Assembly (NCBI GenBank): GCA_012295275.1
Contig: CM022665.1
Span: 15,996,001 to 16,060,000 of the forward strand
DNA length: 64,000 nucleotides
From: Chrysomallon squamiferum
Lineage: Eukaryota > Animalia > Mollusca
Direction of reading: 5' to 3'
Made by a program: the position numbers and the translations under genes. How positions within the stretch are numbered: the first letter of the stretch is position 1; every line of letters begins with the position of its first letter. Shown here piece by piece: positions 60,409 through 64,000 of the stretch. A model generated the notes under the pieces. The model had not been told where the DNA came from, did not search any database, and saw only the letters and a list, made by a program, of their open reading frames with translations.

Positions 60409-63383
60409 GTAACAATAATGATGAAGATGATAATAGTGATAATGATAATGATGATGATAATGATAACAGCAACAACAGTAGACTAACAATGATATTAATA
60501 ACAACAACAATAACACAAGATGATGAAAATGTTAAAAAATAACAACATTAAATATAAAAGCAATCACAATAGCAACTATAACAATAACAGTAACAACAAT
60601 AAATATAATAACAGGAATGACAGTATAAAAAAAAATAAATGATTGTATTGATAATTCTCTAATTTATTATTATGTACATTATAAGACATATACACATAAA
60701 TTTCTGTATACCTATGTTTTTAAAATCGCATATTTTATGGACTTATATAAATCCCAGCATCCTGGAGTTGACAGACAGAGATGTCCCATTCTAGATTTAA
60801 TATGAACTTGAAAGTGTTCATATTGTTATCTAACTCTAATATCTCATTCAAGGTTTAGCTTTAAGAAAAAGAAGAAACATACCTCATAATTTTCTCTGTA
60901 TTTCTTTTCTCTAGATTTCTCCTGCACTGCTATTGGTTTTGACAAATCTCTGGAAACAAAAGAGAAAATGGTTAAGAAGCAGATTACACTAGTAAAGAGA
61001 AACGACAAGGTAGAGAGGTCTTACACATCCGTGTTTAATTTGTTATTCCTTTTTCAGTTCCTCCTTCCACTCTGCAGCCAAAGACTGAAGTATAGAAACT
61101 TGTATATTACAAACATGTATGTTTTATATATACTCCAATATTCAGAAAATCAAAGAATTGACTTTTATTCATTGTGTGAATGCTTGCCTTAGTAGGTCAC
61201 TGAATCAACCCTCTATGGATATCAGATGGATTATTTTTGTTGCAGTTAATGACCACATATTGTGTTTGAAAAATCATTAACTCTGTGATGTTTTCTGTCT
61301 GCAACATCATGTGCTTAAGACATAGAGGAGAAGCAGGAGAAATATTCCTCTTCAGATTTATCATTATGTGAAACCTAAGTATTTTATACCTGCTACCTAC
61401 TAATAGTAAAATACACTGAGATACCCTAAAAATAAATATTCATAAAATCAGGAAGGAATCCTTTATATGCGACTGAGAGTGATAGGGATGTTAATACTAT
61501 GGTCAATGATACACCAGTATGAAGATTAGAAAAATGGGAGTACCAAGGTTGATTAATCCAGCAGGCTTCCTACCCTAGAAATCTGTTAACTGATTGAAGA
61601 TCTATCATTTATGAATACAAACCTATAAATGTCTGGGTTAGTGAGATCAAGTTCCACACTACAGTAGTCTGACAGAATAAATGGAAATACTGGGTACTGC
61701 ATAAGATCGTTGAAAGAGCGACCAGCCATCTTGTTGAGGTAGGTGAGGTAGTCATAGTTGGTGATGTTGCCATCCAGCCAAAACTTCTGCACCATTGCAA
61801 GGTCACCACTCTGAATCAGGTTAGGTAACTCCAGTGACTCCAGCAGAACTGACTGAAGTTCATTTCTTTCCTTAAACATAAATAAGAAATATAATTAGAA
61901 AGAAACACTGGCCTCAGTAAGACAGTAGTTATAAAAATAAGCAATACAGTGTATTCAGTAATATTGTGATTAAACTCATTTCAAAGAAGTAAGACAATTA
62001 AGATTTTCTAACACAATTCCAATTCTGAAATAGATGACAATCTTTGCTTTGGATCAAGTCTTTAGCATGTAAAATTTAAATGTAAAGTCATATAATCTTG
62101 CATATATAATTACAGTCAGAAACCCACATTCAGACAGAAACAAATCCTCAGTCATATAAATAAATATGGACACACACCATATACATACTTGCACAAACAT
62201 ATTTTTTTCTCAAATATGTATATGAAAAATTATCCTGTTCACACTCTGGCATAGAGTAAGAGACATATATAAACTCATTCTGTCATTCACAAAAAATTAC
62301 AAATATTAATTTTCAAGTCTGTACTAACTTGAGAAGACTTGAATGCCAATAAGTAAGTTTTGCCACTGGTCAAAAATATTTCAAGACCAATGTCCAGTAA
62401 CTGGTAACGTCTTTGATGTATCTCTTTGATGTCAACATGAGGCCATTTCATAGACAGCTGATCCTTGTTACCTATTAACACCTGTAAAATTATTGTAAGA
62501 AAGAAATCATGAATTAGAAAATTAAACACTGAAAAAATAATTTAGAAAATAACACAAAATAAAAAATCATGGAAAGAAAAAGAAATAAAAAGGAAAGTGA
62601 TAAAACATCAATAAATAAATAAATAAAAGATTTAATTAAAAAATATATATATAATATATATATCTATTAAGTAAAAAGAAGTGAAAAATTCAAATAGAAA
62701 GATATATATTCAACAAAATCTTATTTACCTACTTTCAAAAATTAAATAATGTATGCACGTTGTGTATATGTATCTGTATATGTAACAGAACATAACATAA
62801 TATCTAAATAACATAAAATATGTAAGATAATTTTTTTTTTATAATTGTTTACCTGTGTGTAATTAGCATCTGTTATAGCCTCATCAGCCACAAAGAAGAT
62901 TGACATTTCACCTGAAAACAAATGAAAGATATTTAAATTTAACTTTAAATAATAAAAACTGATAAATCAAAGAAGTTCACCAGATGAAAGGAAAGCTTCT
63001 CTTGCTTTTTATTTCTTACAGCAACTGCAAAGGGAAAATTAACTGTAATGTTCTAATAATCAACTGCTGGAAATGTTGAAATCATATTTGTCTTTAATAC
63101 ATAATCCAGCATACTGGGTTAAATGCTGAAGACAGTGATTAATTTATCTCATGTACACAATTGAGCAGGTGTTAATGATCTAATTTTTTTTTTTTTTTAT
63201 TTTTTTTTTATTATTTATTAATATTTGTTAGTGGTTGAAATTATTATCCTGAATAATGCATTTAACATGGAGGGCTTTGGGAGGGACTGGTAAAGTCATA
63301 AGGAAAAGAAAATACATTTACCAACAAGAAGTTCTCCTTTGTTCTCACTGGCTGGAGACACAGCCATGCATCTGCATGTGTAG
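50630..63383 (-). CDS. LYST: Lysosomal-trafficking regulator (Chediak-Higashi/beige) orthologue, 3' part: PH-BEACH-WD40; gene continues beyond the window
   Basis: 17 phase-consistent exons: 63383-63322 ([18 protein letters not shown]), 62911-62853, 62481-62329, 61870-61623 ([31 protein letters not shown]), 60949-60883 (DLSKPIAVQ), 60353-60200 ([29 protein letters not shown]), 59143-59003 ([20 protein letters not shown]), 58597-58380 ([24 protein letters not shown]), 57381-57181 ([10 protein letters not shown]), 56508-56319, 56043-55907, 55450-55352, 54552-54410 ([19 protein letters not shown]), 53244-53147, 52343-52187 (LHTING), 51585-51511, 50765-50630 (stop TAG). Motifs match the LYST-type BEACH domain. 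Confidence 0.95.
50930..51250. repeat. ~32-bp minisatellite in the last LYST intron
   Basis: About 9 degenerate copies of ACAATTTAGTTTACACAGATAAATAATACTG. Confidence 0.85.
54600..55150. repeat. Degenerate AT-rich tandem repeat in a LYST intron
   Basis: Recurring TATATAGTAAAATAAGTAAATAATA / TAGTTAAATAAGTA-type units. Confidence 0.6.
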
Positions 63384-63500
63384 CTGGAGAGAGAAAGTTT
63401 AGATATTTTTCAAAATAATCTGAGACTCAAACTGAATTCTAAAATACTTGTTTTAAATATATTTGTTAATATAATAATATATTCTGTTTAAAAAAAAAAA

Positions 63501-63531
<31 letters not shown>

Positions 63532-64000
63532 TTTTTTAAAAACATAATAAAAAAATATAATAAAATAAAATAATCAGTTAAACTGCCACTAACTCAGATG
63601 TAATTACTTATCAAACACTAAGAAGGATGAGAGAAGGAGAAGGGGAAACTGACAGCAGGAGAGAAAATATGAGAATGTTATACTGATGGAACTCTTTTAT
63701 AACTCATAATTTTTAACACAAAATATTAATTCTACAAAAAGAAACTATAAAGGATTTACCGTAAAACAAGACAATAGTTATCTTTTAAACCAAAAAGTTG
63801 TGAACTAACAACATGCTGGTCATTTTAATTTTTAAACAAAATATACTAATGTTATTGACATGATCTGTAACAATCAATAATATAAATTATTTCAGAGTAC
63901 AAATGAATACTGCAGAGACCTGCCTGACAAATAAAATCTATCAGATTTCTTACTGTATTTTTTCATTAGTCTGGTGTCTGTAAATTAGAGCAGCTGCATC

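Noticed and set aside
59957-60542. 126-aa and 179-aa ORFs
   Set aside because: Off-frame or antisense overlaps of LYST exon 60353-60200 extended by (AAT)n repeats.

Overview
AT-rich, microsatellite-dense eukaryotic (animal) genomic DNA with short GT-AG introns; a mollusc or other lophotrochozoan is my inference. Manual exon assembly gives five coding units. (1) A complete 17-exon receptor protein tyrosine phosphatase on the minus strand (16017->1608, ~1029 aa: signal peptide, ~530-aa Ser/Thr mucin-like region, one FN3, TM, single catalytic PTP domain, PDZ-type tail). (2) A single-coding-exon 130-aa permuted papain-like (NlpC/P60, PPPDE/LRAT-like) protein (19924-20316, +). (3) A 7-exon type I membrane protein with SUEL-lectin-like and CUB-like domains and a Tyr/Pro-motif tail (21801-28476, +), with a decayed LINE in intron 1. 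(4) A ~19-kb mirror-image cluster (28.4-47.5 kb) of five near-identical copies of an unrecognised secreted ~204-aa Asp/Glu-rich protein (~38% acidic). Four copies are complete, with TATA promoter, non-coding exon 1, signal-peptide exon, acidic exon and a Met-stop last exon; the fifth is an intact but promoterless 3' half. (5) The 3' end of LYST (PH-BEACH-WD40) on the minus strand (>63383->50630). The acidic secreted-protein cluster is the best candidate for an undescribed system, possibly a biomineral or ion-binding matrix protein family. All gene models were built by eye and need RNA-seq confirmation.
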